DNA of 62,404 bases, filler included, from Planctomycetota bacterium (GCA_026991575.1; 8 parts of 8 records of this genome joined end to end with filler, not necessarily neighbours in it), one strand, 5' to 3'; positions 18,872-29,231 are shown, counted from the whole stretch's first letter. Notes: generated by a model from the letters alone, not told the origin. Made by a program: numbers and translations.

Positions 18872-19440
18872 GGCCCTGTTACCCTCCCTGTCGATGGTCA
18901 TCGGAGGTAACGGGCCGAACTCGTCGCCCAACTCGGCAAGCAGCGCTGCGCCGGTGGCGGCGCGCAGTTCGGCTTCCACCGGTCGGCCCGCAACGGGTAT
19001 GTGCCGCAGAAGATGAGCGGTGCCCGGGGTTGGCAGGGAGACCCGCCCGTGGACCATCTCCGTGCTGCCCCCTCCTACCAAGACCGGCCTGGCCGTGGTG
19101 CGGTCGATCTTCTACCGGCGGATCCCGTAGACGGCGCCGATCACATTGACGATCGTGTCAACGGCTCCGACCTCATGGAAATGGGCCTGCTCGGTTGGTT
19201 GGCCGTGCGGCGCGCTTCCGCCCCGGCCAGCCGCCGAAACACGGCCAGAGCCCTTCGGCGACTGGTTCGTCCAGGCTTCCGCCGTGACCGATCTGCTCGA
19301 TCTCCGGCAAGTGCCGACGGCGGCGTTGAGCTGGCGCCGTGACGCGAACCAGGGTGGCGACGAAGCCGACGCGACGTGGCACGACGATGAGCCGACGGAC
19401 GAACAGTTGGCCCGGAACGAAGTGCAGGGGGGAGCGGCAT
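18872..19440 (-). pseudogene. larC: larC (nickel-pincer cofactor Ni-insertase, DUF111) pseudogene fragment
   Basis: Joined across frameshifts: RHLPEIEQI...ALAVFRRLAGAEAR/HGQPTEQAHFHEVGAVDTIVNVIGA..*..VGGGSTEMVHGRVSLPTPGTAHLL...EAELRAATGAALL..FGPLPPMTI. At least two frameshifts and one TAG; C-terminal half missing. Confidence 0.75.
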
Positions 19441-19663
19441 GGCTTTGGTATGCTCTCAGCGCGAGCGATCAGCAACATCGCCTGCGGCCCAATCCCGCCG
19501 ACCGTCCTGACCGCGCGTTTCACGCACGGTGAGAACGCCGAACTGGAAGCGACCGAAAGCGNNNNNNNNNNNNNNNNNNNNNNNNNNNNNNNNNNNNNNN
19601 NNNNNTTAATTAATTAANNNNNNNNNNNNNNNNNNNNNNNNNNNNNNNNNNNNNNNNNNNNTG

Positions 19664-20347
19664 TGGACCGAGGCAGGCTTAGTTTATGAGGAGATCCTTC
19701 GTCGCTGGCCACGCGAGGGCTCGGCACTGGACCGGCTGATCCGGATCCGCTTGCAGCAGCAACGGGTGGTCGAGGCAATCAAACTCGCCCACCGATTGAA
19801 AGCCTTGCCCGGGTGGGAAGCCACCGGCTATCTGCTGCTGGGACTGCTGGAGTTCGAACGGCACCAGTTTGTCGACGCGGCCAAGTACCTGGAGCAAGCC
19901 ATCAAGCTGGTGCCGGACCTGGATCCGGAGAAGACGCACGTCGACAAGGACGTTGTGTTGCTAGCCTACGCGGAGTGCCTCTATACGCTTGGCCGATTGG
20001 AAGAGGCTATCCAACGTGCCCAGGAGGCACGTGATCTATCGAACAAGCCCGACCCGTGCTACATCCTGGGCCTGTGCTACCAGCAGAAGGGTGATACGGA
20101 GAAGGCGCGGCAGTTTTTTGAGGAAGCTGTCGCTCGCGACCCGACCCATCTGCGTTCGCTTGTTGAGTTGGGCAAGCTGGCGCTGATGGAGCGTAAGCCT
20201 GAGGAGGCGGTCAAGTGGTTTGAGAAGGCAACGGCACTTGCCCCGTCCGACGACGGTGCCTGGCAGGGGCTCATCGCCGCGTACCGCCAGATGGGCGACC
20301 ACGAAAAGGCCGAAGAGATCGCCCGTCGGCGACGGCGCCGCCGTTAG
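19664..20347 (+). CDS. Tetratricopeptide repeat protein (5' truncated)
   Basis: Repeated TPR consensus (LGLCYQQKGDTEKARQFFEEAVARDP; LGKLALMERKPEEAVKWFEKA). Frame open to the contig edge. Confidence 0.85.
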   Translation, partial: WTEAGLVYEEILRRWPREGSALDRLIRIRLQQQRVVEAIKLAHRLKALPGWEATGYLLLGLLEFERHQFVDAAKYLEQAIKLVPDLDPEKTHVDKDVVLLAYAECLYTLGRLEEAIQRAQEARDLSNKPDPCYILGLCYQQKGDTEKARQFFEEAVARDPTHLRSLVELGKLALMERKPEEAVKWFEKATALAPSDDGAWQGLIAAYRQMGDHEKAEEIARRRRRRR

Positions 20348-20400
20348 ACAGCTCAATACGCAATGGCTGGCTCATTCCACGCTTGGGGAACCTACGACGG

Positions 20401-22260
20401 ATGATGCACCGCAGTCGAACCCTCACACATCGCTTCTCCGTGCTCGCCGCACGCGGCGCCGTGCTCGGGAGCGTCGCTGCTGCCCTGTTGCTGGCGTTGC
20501 AGCTGCTGGCGGGACCGGGCTGCCTCTTCTCCGAGCGCAACGTTGCGGATGAGTCGACCGAACCGGCGGCTAGCAGAGGCGCCGATGGGGCGGCGGCACA
20601 CGCCGAGCCGGCGGCCAGCGTGCAGGACGGCGAAGCCGAACCGGCCGAATCGCCGGCCCCTCCCCGAGGTCCGATCTATTTCGAAGAAGTTGCCGGTCAG
20701 CTTGGGTTGCACTACGTCACGTTCTCCGGAACCACTGAAGAGAAGCTGTTCCCGACGGCTAACGGCAACGGGGTCGCTTTCCTCGACTACGACCAAGACG
20801 GCTGGCTGGACGTTTACTTCGCCAGTGGAGCCGAGCTTCGTACGGGCAAGAACGGCCCGCCGAATGGCCTGTTCCGTAGTCTGCACGCAGAGCGGTTCGT
20901 GGCGGTGGAACGTCAGGCACGGGCCGATTACGTTGGCTTCACCCAGGGGCTGGCTGTGGGCGACTTCAACAACGATGGCTTTCCGGACATCTACCTTGTC
21001 CGCTACGGCCCCAACATCCTGCTGGAAAACAACGGCGATGGTACGTTCAGTGACGTGACGGCAACCTCCGGCACCGGTGACCCGCGCTGGGGCACAAGCG
21101 CGGCGTTCCTTGACTTCGATAGCGACGGTGCGCCCGACTTGTACGTGTGCCACTACGGCAAGTGGGACCTTCGCTGGCATGATGAGCACCGGTGCGTGAT
21201 GGGCAATCCCCCCGAGCGGGTCTATTGCAGTCCCCGTCTGCTGGCTCCCGAAATCGATGCCCTCTGGCGCAGCGACGGCCGCGGCCGGTTCACGGACGTC
21301 TGTTCAGAGTTGGGCATCAATCGTACGGACGGCCGCGGTCAGGGGGTGGTCGTCTGCGATGTGAACAACGACGGCCTGCCAGACATCTACGTGGCCAACG
21401 ACATGACGCCGAACTTCCTTTTCCTCAACAAGGGCAACGGTCAGTACGAGGACATCACCGACACGTCACTGGCTGCGTACAACGCCGAAGGCCGTGAGGA
21501 AGCGGGTATGGGGGTGGACGCGTGCGACGTGAACGGAGACGGCCTGCCCGAACTGATCGTGACAAACTTCTACAACGAACACAACACGATCTACATGAAC
21601 CAGGGCGGAACCCTGTTCATGGACATGAGCTACCAGTGGGGAACGGCCTCCGGCAGCATGACGGTGGTGGCATGGGGCACCGGCTTTGAGGACTTGGACA
21701 ACGACGGCGATGTCGACCTGTTCGTAACCAACGGCCACGTGGACGACAACCTGGACCGGGTCAGCGAGCGGTACGAACCGTACAAGCAGAAACCTGGGCT
21801 CTGGATCAATCGTAACGGTCGCTTCCATTTCGCACCCGACACGGCCGGTCCCTATTTCCAGGGCGTCTATCCGGGCCGTGGCGCAGCGTTCGGCGACTTT
21901 GACAACGACGGGGACGTTGACATCGTCGTCTCCTACAAGGACGAGCCGGCCTCATTGCTCCGCAATGTCTCGGACCAGCCGCACCATTGGATACAGCTGC
22001 AGTTGGTTGGCACGATCGCCCTGCGCGACGCCATTGGTGCACGGGTCGAACTGGTCGCCGGGGACACGAAGATCGTCCGGCACCTGCGCGGTGGTCGCAG
22101 CTACGCCTCGGCACATGACTACCGCCTCACCATCGGGCTCGGCCCGGCCGAGAAGGTCGATACGTTGACGATCTACTGGCCCGGCGGGGGCAGGCAGACG
22201 CTGGAGAACCTAGCCGTGAATCGGCGCTATCGCATCGTCCAGGAGTTCCCTGGCCCATGA
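20401..22260 (+). CDS. CRTAC1-family FG-GAP repeat protein with C-terminal ASPIC/UnbV domain
   Basis: Repeated DYDQDGWLD / DFNNDGFPD / DVNNDGLPD / DLDNDGDVD motifs, GRGAAFGD, DAIGARV, GRSYAS, and GLG...IYWPGG. Confidence 0.9.
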   Translation: MMHRSRTLTHRFSVLAARGAVLGSVAAALLLALQLLAGPGCLFSERNVADESTEPAASRGADGAAAHAEPAASVQDGEAEPAESPAPPRGPIYFEEVAGQLGLHYVTFSGTTEEKLFPTANGNGVAFLDYDQDGWLDVYFASGAELRTGKNGPPNGLFRSLHAERFVAVERQARADYVGFTQGLAVGDFNNDGFPDIYLVRYGPNILLENNGDGTFSDVTATSGTGDPRWGTSAAFLDFDSDGAPDLYVCHYGKWDLRWHDEHRCVMGNPPERVYCSPRLLAPEIDALWRSDGRGRFTDVCSELGINRTDGRGQGVVVCDVNNDGLPDIYVANDMTPNFLFLNKGNGQYEDITDTSLAAYNAEGREEAGMGVDACDVNGDGLPELIVTNFYNEHNTIYMNQGGTLFMDMSYQWGTASGSMTVVAWGTGFEDLDNDGDVDLFVTNGHVDDNLDRVSERYEPYKQKPGLWINRNGRFHFAPDTAGPYFQGVYPGRGAAFGDFDNDGDVDIVVSYKDEPASLLRNVSDQPHHWIQLQLVGTIALRDAIGARVELVAGDTKIVRHLRGGRSYASAHDYRLTIGLGPAEKVDTLTIYWPGGGRQTLENLAVNRRYRIVQEFPGP

Positions 22261-22422
22261 GCCCCTTTCCGAGCAGGCCTCTGCCGCCGTGGGCCGACAC
22301 CCTCCCATTGACCAACTGCAACCAGTTGAACTGGCCAGACGAAGTCAGTATCCTTGCGCTGTGCTCTGTGTCTGGGTAGTTATGCATGTGGTGCGGAGTT
22401 ATCCCGTATCGGAGGCTTCGTC

Positions 22423-23289
22423 ATGCAGCTGCTGGCTGCGTTCTCCTTCGACTTGTCTGACCCGATGACGTGGTCGGTGTTGATCGCGGCCGTAGCCGCC
22501 GTGCTCGTACTGCTGACCTTCCCCGCCGCCAAACTTGGTGCCCAAAAAGTGCAGATTCCCATATGGGTACCGATTGCCATTGCGGTGATCGCTTTTCTCG
22601 GTGCCGGCGCGGGCGCTTGGGTGTACATCACCAAGCCGATCGAGTTGGAACGTTCGCCATATGAGTACAGCGAGGAAGCAATGGTGGTCCAAGCAGAGGG
22701 AATGTCTGAAGCAGAGCTACCGGGCGGCGGTGGCATGGGGATGATGGGCATGGGGATGCCGGCGCCAGGCGGCGCGCCGGGCGGTTATCCGGGTATGGAC
22801 CAACGCCCTCCCGGCGGCGAAGGGGCTGGCGGCGGCCGGTTCGCCCGGTTTCGCTTGATTGGTACGCTGCGCACGCTCCAACAGCTCGTAGCCAGCGGCG
22901 AGCTGAAGCTGACCGACGACCAGAAGGCCAAGCTCGTCGAACTCCTTCAGCCTATCGCCCAAAAGGAAGAGCTCACCGATGACGACATCCGGAAAGCCAC
23001 CGAGACGATCACGGCCGCGTTGACCGAAGAGCAGCGGAACGGGCTGCGGCAGGCCGTTCGCCAGCGGCGTGCGGCCGCACGCAAGGGGGCACCGCGCAAA
23101 GGTCGTCGGCCAAGGGTCAGCATCCAGGAACTCGCCACCCAACTGATCAACGCCTTGCAGGGCCAGGTGCCCGCAGATTCAGCGGAACAGGAAGCGGCGA
23201 AGAAGCAGGAACGCGCAAGCGAGTCTACAACTAAGTCGGCGCCGTCATCGAAGCAGCAGCAGTCTGCTCCGGAAAAACCCGAGCAGTAG
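22423..23289 (+). CDS. Hypothetical membrane protein with Gly/Met-rich linker and helical C-terminal domain
   Basis: Two TM segments, GGGGMGMMGMGMP linker, LKLTDDQK and LTEEQR repeats. RBS GGAGG. Confidence 0.7.
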   Translation: MQLLAAFSFDLSDPMTWSVLIAAVAAVLVLLTFPAAKLGAQKVQIPIWVPIAIAVIAFLGAGAGAWVYITKPIELERSPYEYSEEAMVVQAEGMSEAELPGGGGMGMMGMGMPAPGGAPGGYPGMDQRPPGGEGAGGGRFARFRLIGTLRTLQQLVASGELKLTDDQKAKLVELLQPIAQKEELTDDDIRKATETITAALTEEQRNGLRQAVRQRRAAARKGAPRKGRRPRVSIQELATQLINALQGQVPADSAEQEAAKKQERASESTTKSAPSSKQQQSAPEKPEQ

Positions 23290-23407
23290 CGCTCGCCGTT
23301 CCACCGCCGGTTTGCGCCTCGCCCGTTGCATCCACCTACTGTCCTCACCGGCAACGGGTCAAGCGGATCGTCCCTGAACCCGAAGCTCAACCGTCCAGTC
23401 CGTGCCC

Positions 23408-24017
23408 ATGACAATCAGCTCGTCCCGAGTACGTATCTTCGCTCTGGCCGTCCTTCTGGTGGCTGGCCTGTCCGCAGCAGCCATCCTGGTCAGCGTCTCG
23501 CGGCGGGCGGTCCAAACGAACCTAAACCCGCTTGGCTTCCGCAACCTGTCCGGAAACGTTGGCTACGTCGGGGACCGTGCGTGTGCCTCTTGCCACGAGA
23601 GCATCGCGGAGACATATGCCCGCACCGGAATGGCACGCTCCTGGCAACCGCTTGCGTCGGCGGAACTCATCGAACAGACCAGCGACAAACCGATCGTTGT
23701 GCCCGATCCCAGGACCGGTCTGCAGTACGAGGTGCATCGGGAAGAGGGTCGCTTGGAAGTGGTCGAGTTTCGCGAATCGGATGAGGGCAGGAGATGGCAT
23801 GAATTGAGAGTGATCGCCAGCTATGTGCTCGGGTCAGGCCATAAGGGCCGGAGCTACGTCGCAGACTTCGGCGGCTACTTGCAGTTGCTGCCGGTTTCGT
23901 GGTACAGCTATCCGCAGCAGTGGGCACTCAGCCCGGGTTATCGCTATAAGAACCACCGCTTTGGTCGGCCGGTCATTCCGCGGTGCATGGCTTGCCACAA
24001 CAACTACGCGGACTACG
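23408..24017 (+). CDS. Exported multiheme cytochrome c (c554-like), 3' truncated
   Basis: N-terminal TM; YVGDRACASCHE and CMACHN (two CxxCH motifs); GSGHKGRSY and WALSPGY. Confidence 0.8.
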
Positions 24018-24117
24018 NNNNNNNNNNNNNNNNNNNNNNNNNNNNNNNNNNNNNNNNNNNNTTAATTAATTAANNNNNNNNNNNNNNNNNNNNNNNNNNN
24101 NNNNNNNNNNNNNNNNN

Positions 24118-25314
24118 CGGGCTGTCGACCGGATGACGGGCGAAACGGCGGCCGTTAAGGTGCTGCGGCAACGCTGGAGTAGCGACCCGGCGTCGATCGA
24201 GGCGTTCAAGCATGAGGCCAGGGTTGGGTTGATGCTGCGGCATCCGAACATCGTGCGGGTGGATGAGGTCGGCGAAGCCGACGGGCAGTATTACATTGGT
24301 ATGGAGTTTGTCGAGGGGGGGAACTTGCGCCAGTTCCTGAAGATCCGCGGCCGGCTCAGTGAACAGGAGGCGCTGCCGTTGATGGTCGACATGCTGCGCG
24401 GCATGGCCTATGCATTCGACAAGGGCGTCACGCACCGCGACCTGAAGCTCACCAACGTGCTGATTTCGGCAAAGGGGACCGCGAAGCTGGTCGATTTCGG
24501 ACTGGCCACACTGCACGTCAGCGAGCAGCGTGCTGAGGAGGCTCACGGACAGCGCACCGTCGAGTACGCCCGGCTGGAGAAGATGACCAACGCGCCGGCG
24601 GGTGATCCACGCAGCGACATCTTCTTCCTGGGGTGCATCTTTTACCAGATGGTGACCGGAATGCCGCCGATCCCGGAGAAGAAGGGCCGAGCCGCTCGGA
24701 TGCTTCGCACCCGGCTCGATAACATCCGGCCGGTACTAGAAGTCGAGCCGACCGTCAACAAGGATCTGGCGCGGATCATCGACCGAATGATGGTGCTGAA
24801 CCCGGATCTGCGTTACCAGACGCCGCACGCCGTGCTCGAAGACCTGCGGGTGCTGGGCAAGCTAGAGACGCTGCCCGAGGTGGAGCAGCACAGCCAGCAG
24901 GTGCGCAGCGCAGCATCGGGCGATCAGAAGCCGACGGTGCTCTGGATGGAACGGGACGGCCGGCTGCAGGTGGCCGTGCGCGAGCGGCTTCAGAAGGTGG
25001 GCTATCGAGTGCTGGTCATCGGGGATCCGCAGCGTGCGCTGCGCCGGTATCGGGAAACAGAACTGGACGGCGTCATCATCGACTGCGAAACCGAAGGGCG
25101 TGCCGGGTTCGAGGCCGGTCTGGAAATGCTACGTCATGCCGACAGCGTAGGTCGGAAGCTGGCTGCCGTGTTCCTGCTGGGACCAGACCAGGCGTCGTGG
25201 CGGGAAGAGCTCAAGGCCATGAGGACCGCGCGGGTCATCCAGAAGCCGGCCTCGTGGAAGGATCTGAAGGCGGTGATCACGACCTTGCTGCCGGTGGCCC
25301 AGACCGCTCAGTAG
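24118..25314 (+). CDS. Hanks-type Ser/Thr protein kinase with C-terminal receiver-like domain (5' truncated)
   Basis: AVKVL, HPNIV, MEFVEGGNL, HRDLKLTN, DFG, SDIFFLG; tail VLWMERD..GYRV..VIIDC..IQKP. Confidence 0.9.
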   Translation, partial: RAVDRMTGETAAVKVLRQRWSSDPASIEAFKHEARVGLMLRHPNIVRVDEVGEADGQYYIGMEFVEGGNLRQFLKIRGRLSEQEALPLMVDMLRGMAYAFDKGVTHRDLKLTNVLISAKGTAKLVDFGLATLHVSEQRAEEAHGQRTVEYARLEKMTNAPAGDPRSDIFFLGCIFYQMVTGMPPIPEKKGRAARMLRTRLDNIRPVLEVEPTVNKDLARIIDRMMVLNPDLRYQTPHAVLEDLRVLGKLETLPEVEQHSQQVRSAASGDQKPTVLWMERDGRLQVAVRERLQKVGYRVLVIGDPQRALRRYRETELDGVIIDCETEGRAGFEAGLEMLRHADSVGRKLAAVFLLGPDQASWREELKAMRTARVIQKPASWKDLKAVITTLLPVAQTAQ

Positions 25315-25347
25315 CCGCCATAGCGGGGCGGGTGTGCCGGGGGGTGG

Positions 25348-26076
25348 TCAGGACGGGAACGGCCAGTCCTTGCCCAGAGCTTTTCGCTGCACGGCCGTTA
25401 GCTGCTCGATGCCGCGGCGTGCGAGACGGAGCATCTCATTGAGTTCCTTCTGATGAAACGGTGCCGTCTCACCCGTGCCCTGAAGTTCGACGAAACGACC
25501 GGTGCCGGTCAGCACAAGGTTGAAGTCCACAGCGGCCTGGGCGTCCTCCTCATAGTTCAGATCCAGCAAGCATTCGCCGTTGACCAACCCAACGCTGACT
25601 GCCGCAACGCTGTCGGTCAACAGGTCGGCGGGGCGGGTCCCGCGGGGTAGGATCTGCTTCAAAGCGTCCACCAGCGCGATGAAGGCTCCGGTGATGCTCA
25701 ACGTTCTCGTCCCGCCGTCGGCCTCCAGCACGTCGCAGTCCACCCAGAGCGTGGTCTCGCCCAGGCGGTCCAGCCGCACAATGGCACGCAGGCTACGGCC
25801 GATAAGGCGTTGGATTTCAACCGTTCGCCCGTCCACCCGGCCGCGGTCGCGCGAACGGCGCGGCGTTGTGGAACCGGGAAGCATGCCGTATTCGGCCGTC
25901 AGCCATCCCTGGCCGCTGCCTTGCAACCAGGGCGGGACCCCTTCGACGGCCGAGACGGTACACAGGACGGTGGTGCGGCCGGCGCTGATCAGGACGCTGC
26001 CGGCGGCCATTCTCGTAAACCGGCGACGCACCTTCACGGGGCGTAGTTCATCAGCCGCTCTGCCGTCGCTTCGCAT
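25348..26076 (-). CDS. rph: Ribonuclease PH
   Basis: RSDGRAADELRPV, GWLTAEYGMLP, EIQRLIGRSLRA, DGGTRT, ELQGTGE. Confidence 0.97.
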   Translation of the reverse strand: MRSDGRAADELRPVKVRRRFTRMAAGSVLISAGRTTVLCTVSAVEGVPPWLQGSGQGWLTAEYGMLPGSTTPRRSRDRGRVDGRTVEIQRLIGRSLRAIVRLDRLGETTLWVDCDVLEADGGTRTLSITGAFIALVDALKQILPRGTRPADLLTDSVAAVSVGLVNGECLLDLNYEEDAQAAVDFNLVLTGTGRFVELQGTGETAPFHQKELNEMLRLARRGIEQLTAVQRKALGKDWPFPS

Positions 26077-26082
26077 GACCGG

Positions 26083-27054
26083 CTACAACTCCGTGCTTGC
26101 CGTAGTACGGCTGCGCCTCGTCCGGCGCCGGCTTGTTGACCGCTGCCGTGAGCCGGCAAACAACCAGGCCAGCAGTCCTTTCTGCGCGTGCAGACGATTC
26201 TCCGCTTGCTGCAACACCGCGCTCTGAGGCCCGTCGAGCACCTCATCGGTGATTTCTTCGCCGCGGTGCGCGGGCAGGCAGTGCATGACACGGCAGTGCT
26301 CCGGCGCGCGCGCCAACAAGGCGGCATTGACCTGGAACGCTCGGAACGCACGCTTTCGCTGCCGACTTTCTCGTTCCTGTCCCATGCTCGTCCACACGTC
26401 CGTGTAGATCACATCGGCATCGGCTACTGCGCTGGCCGGATCGGACGACACTTCCACCGTGCCTTGGCCGGGCAGCTGCTCCAGGCGGCGGAGGAATGCG
26501 TCATCGAACCGGTAGCGGTCCGGTGCGCAGAGCCGGAAGCGCCAGCCGAGGTACTTGCACGCAATGGCCAGCGAGCGGGCCACGTTGTTGCCGTCGCCGA
26601 CGAAGACAACCGTTGGGCGTGCCCGAAGGCCGAACAGCTCCACGATTGTCAGCGCATCGCCCAGCGCCTGGCATGGGTGGGCCAGGTCGGAGAGTCCGTT
26701 GATGAGCGGGACCTGGAGGTGTTGGGCCAGCTCTTCCAGCAGCTCGTGGCGGTACACCCGTAGCACCAGCGCGTCGACGTACAGCCCGCTGACTCGGCCA
26801 AAGTCCGCCAGCGACTCACGCGTGCCGAGGCCCACGTCGCCGGCGGAGACGTACGTTGCCGCGCCACCGAGCTGCGCGACAGCTGCCTCAAAGCTAAGCC
26901 GCGTCCGCAGTGAGGGCTTCTCGAACAGCAAGGCGACGAAGCGGCCGCGAAGCGGCTGGGCATGCGCACGGGATCGCTTCAGCTCTGCTGCACGCCGCAG
27001 AATGACGCGGAGCTCCCGGGGGGTCAGACTATCGACATCCAGCAGGTGACGCAC
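26083..27054 (-). CDS. argF: Ornithine carbamoyltransferase
   Basis: FEKPSLRTR, HPCQAL, GDGNNV, TDVWTSMG, MHCLPAHRG, QAENRLH. Start GTG 27054 inferred. Confidence 0.95.
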   Translation of the reverse strand: MRHLLDVDSLTPRELRVILRRAAELKRSRAHAQPLRGRFVALLFEKPSLRTRLSFEAAVAQLGGAATYVSAGDVGLGTRESLADFGRVSGLYVDALVLRVYRHELLEELAQHLQVPLINGLSDLAHPCQALGDALTIVELFGLRARPTVVFVGDGNNVARSLAIACKYLGWRFRLCAPDRYRFDDAFLRRLEQLPGQGTVEVSSDPASAVADADVIYTDVWTSMGQERESRQRKRAFRAFQVNAALLARAPEHCRVMHCLPAHRGEEITDEVLDGPQSAVLQQAENRLHAQKGLLAWLFAGSRQRSTSRRRTRRSRTTASTEL

Positions 27055-27071
27055 CGACCCGGACGGCGCAG

Positions 27072-28268
27072 CTAGTGTAGTCTGGCGATCGCTTCGCACA
27101 GTACCTCGCATCCTTCCTCTGCCTGTTCCTCGCTCAGGTTCAGCGCCGGCAGAAGCCGTATCACAGTACCGGCTGTGCAGTTGATCAGCACTCGTCGACG
27201 AAAGCATTCCTCCACCACCGGGGAACCGTCCACGTAGAGCTCGACGCCGATCATGACCCCCCGGATGCGGACCTCCTTCACCACCTCGCACTGTTCACAC
27301 AGCGCCTCCAGACGGCTGCGGAAGTAGTCAGCGAGCCGCCCAACATGATCCAGGAGGTTTTCCTCCTCGATGGTCTCGATTGTCGCTAGAGCGGCTGCGC
27401 AGGCGATCGGGTTGCCGCCAAAAGTTGACGCATGCGTGCCGGGCTGCAGCGCGGCAGCCACCTCAGAACGGGCAATCAGGGCGCCACAAGCGACGCCACC
27501 GGCCAGGCCCTTGGCCAGTGTGATCGCGTCCGGCACGACGTCTTCCCACTGGAACGCGAACCATTTACCCGTGCGGCCCAACCCGGTCTGAACCTCGTCC
27601 AGGATGAGCAACACGCCCGTTTCGTCACAAAGGGCCCGGAGGGCGCGCAGGTAACCGTCGGGAGGCACCCGGACCCCTCCCTCGCCCTGGATGGGTTCCA
27701 CAAGCACCGCGGCCGTCTCGTCATCGATAGCCGCGCGCACCGCGTCCACGTCGCCGTACGGCACGTAGCGAAAGCCGGGCACCAGCGGTTCAAAGCCCTG
27801 GTGATACTTCGGCTGTCCCGTGGCCGTCAACGCGCCGAACGTGCGACCATGGAAGCTCTGTTCGCACGTGATGATCTTGTACCGGTTCGCGCCCCGGCTG
27901 CGGCCGTATGCGCGGGCGAGCTTCAAGGCAGCTTCCACCGCTTCGGCACCCGAGTTGCAGAAGAAGCACTGCGCGCCGTCAAAGGCCCGCTCTGCCAGCG
28001 CCTGCGCCAGCCTCCCCTGTGGTTCCATGTACCAGGTGTTTGGCACGTGGATCAGCTCACCCACCTGACGGCGGACCGCTTCGACCACCCGAGGGGGGCA
28101 GTGACCGAGCAGACCGCAGCCCCAGCCGGGAAACAGATCCAAGTACCGCCGGCCGTCCGCGTCCCACACATAGGATCCCTCGCCGCGGACCAGCACCACC
28201 GGGTACCGCCGGTAGTTCGGGATCACATAGCGGTCGAACAGGGCGATGATCTCATCCGAACCGGGCAT
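27072..28268 (-). CDS. argD: Acetylornithine aminotransferase
   Basis: CNSGAEAVE, SFHGRT, EPIQGEGG, DEVQTGLGRTG, LAKGLAGG, HASTFGGNP; lies between argB and argF. Confidence 0.93.
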   Translation of the reverse strand: MPGSDEIIALFDRYVIPNYRRYPVVLVRGEGSYVWDADGRRYLDLFPGWGCGLLGHCPPRVVEAVRRQVGELIHVPNTWYMEPQGRLAQALAERAFDGAQCFFCNSGAEAVEAALKLARAYGRSRGANRYKIITCEQSFHGRTFGALTATGQPKYHQGFEPLVPGFRYVPYGDVDAVRAAIDDETAAVLVEPIQGEGGVRVPPDGYLRALRALCDETGVLLILDEVQTGLGRTGKWFAFQWEDVVPDAITLAKGLAGGVACGALIARSEVAAALQPGTHASTFGGNPIACAAALATIETIEEENLLDHVGRLADYFRSRLEALCEQCEVVKEVRIRGVMIGVELYVDGSPVVEECFRRRVLINCTAGTVIRLLPALNLSEEQAEEGCEVLCEAIARLH

Positions 28269-28295
28269 CGTGGCTCCTCACGCCAGAAAACGATC

Positions 28296-29231
28296 TCAGT
28301 CCGGGACAATCTCCGTACCCACGCCACGTTGGGTGTAGATTTCCAACAGTAGGCTGTGCCGCACCCGTCCGTCGACGATGTGCGTCTTGCGTACGCCCGC
28401 TTCCAGACAGCGCAGGCAGGCTTCCACCTTGGGCACCATGCCTGCGTCGATTACCCCTTGTTCAATGAGCGCACGGCACTCGCGCGCACTGAGGCTGTCG
28501 GCCAGCGAAGCCGGATCGCCCCGGTCACGCAACACGCCGCCTGTGTCGGTGAGCACCACCAGCTTCTCTGCCCGCAACGCGGCGGCAACGGCTGCGGCCG
28601 CTGTGTCCGCATTCACGTTCAGCAGCTGGTCCACGTCGCCTGCATAAGATGGGCTGCCCTCCTGCAGTGCGATCGGGGGCACGATCGGCACCACGCCCGC
28701 CTCGCACAGTCGCGACAACACAGCCGTCTCGACCCGTACCACCTCGCCCACACGTCCCAGATCGATCCGCTGACCGTGCTCATCCGTCAGCGTCAATGGT
28801 CGTGCAAAGAGCACGGGCGTCGTGCGAAAGTGCAGCCCTACGGCCAGTCCCCCCAACTGCTCAATGGCGTGCACCAACTGCCGATTGATCTCATCGACCA
28901 GCACGCGGGCGACAATCCGCAGCGTTTCCAGATCGGTGTACCGGCGGCCCCGAACGAACCGTGGTTCCAGACCGGCTGCTGCCATGGCACGCGAGATTGC
29001 CTTGCCACCCCCGTGCACGACGACCGGCCTCATGCCAACCGTTTCCATGAACACGATGTCTTCCAGCGTGTCGCGCAAGGCGGCGGGATTGTCCATGTAC
29101 GAGCCGCCGATCTTGATGACGCTAATCTTTCCCCGGAAGGCGCGGATGTAGTGCAGTGCCTCGATCAGCACTTCGGCCTTCCGGATTGCTTCGGCCACCG
29201 CCGCTTGTCGTTTGCCCGTTTCCGCTGCCAA
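28296..29231 (-). CDS. argB: Acetylglutamate kinase
   Basis: VIKIGGS, VVHGGG, NVNADTAA, GMVPKVEAC, HIVDGRVRHSLLLE. Confidence 0.95.
   Translation of the reverse strand: MAAETGKRQAAVAEAIRKAEVLIEALHYIRAFRGKISVIKIGGSYMDNPAALRDTLEDIVFMETVGMRPVVVHGGGKAISRAMAAAGLEPRFVRGRRYTDLETLRIVARVLVDEINRQLVHAIEQLGGLAVGLHFRTTPVLFARPLTLTDEHGQRIDLGRVGEVVRVETAVLSRLCEAGVVPIVPPIALQEGSPSYAGDVDQLLNVNADTAAAAVAAALRAEKLVVLTDTGGVLRDRGDPASLADSLSARECRALIEQGVIDAGMVPKVEACLRCLEAGVRKTHIVDGRVRHSLLLEIYTQRGVGTEIVPD

Noticed and set aside
20323..20347. Poly-Arg tail (RRRRRRR) of the TPR protein
   Set aside because: Mixed Arg codons in GC-rich DNA, with no evidence for a function.
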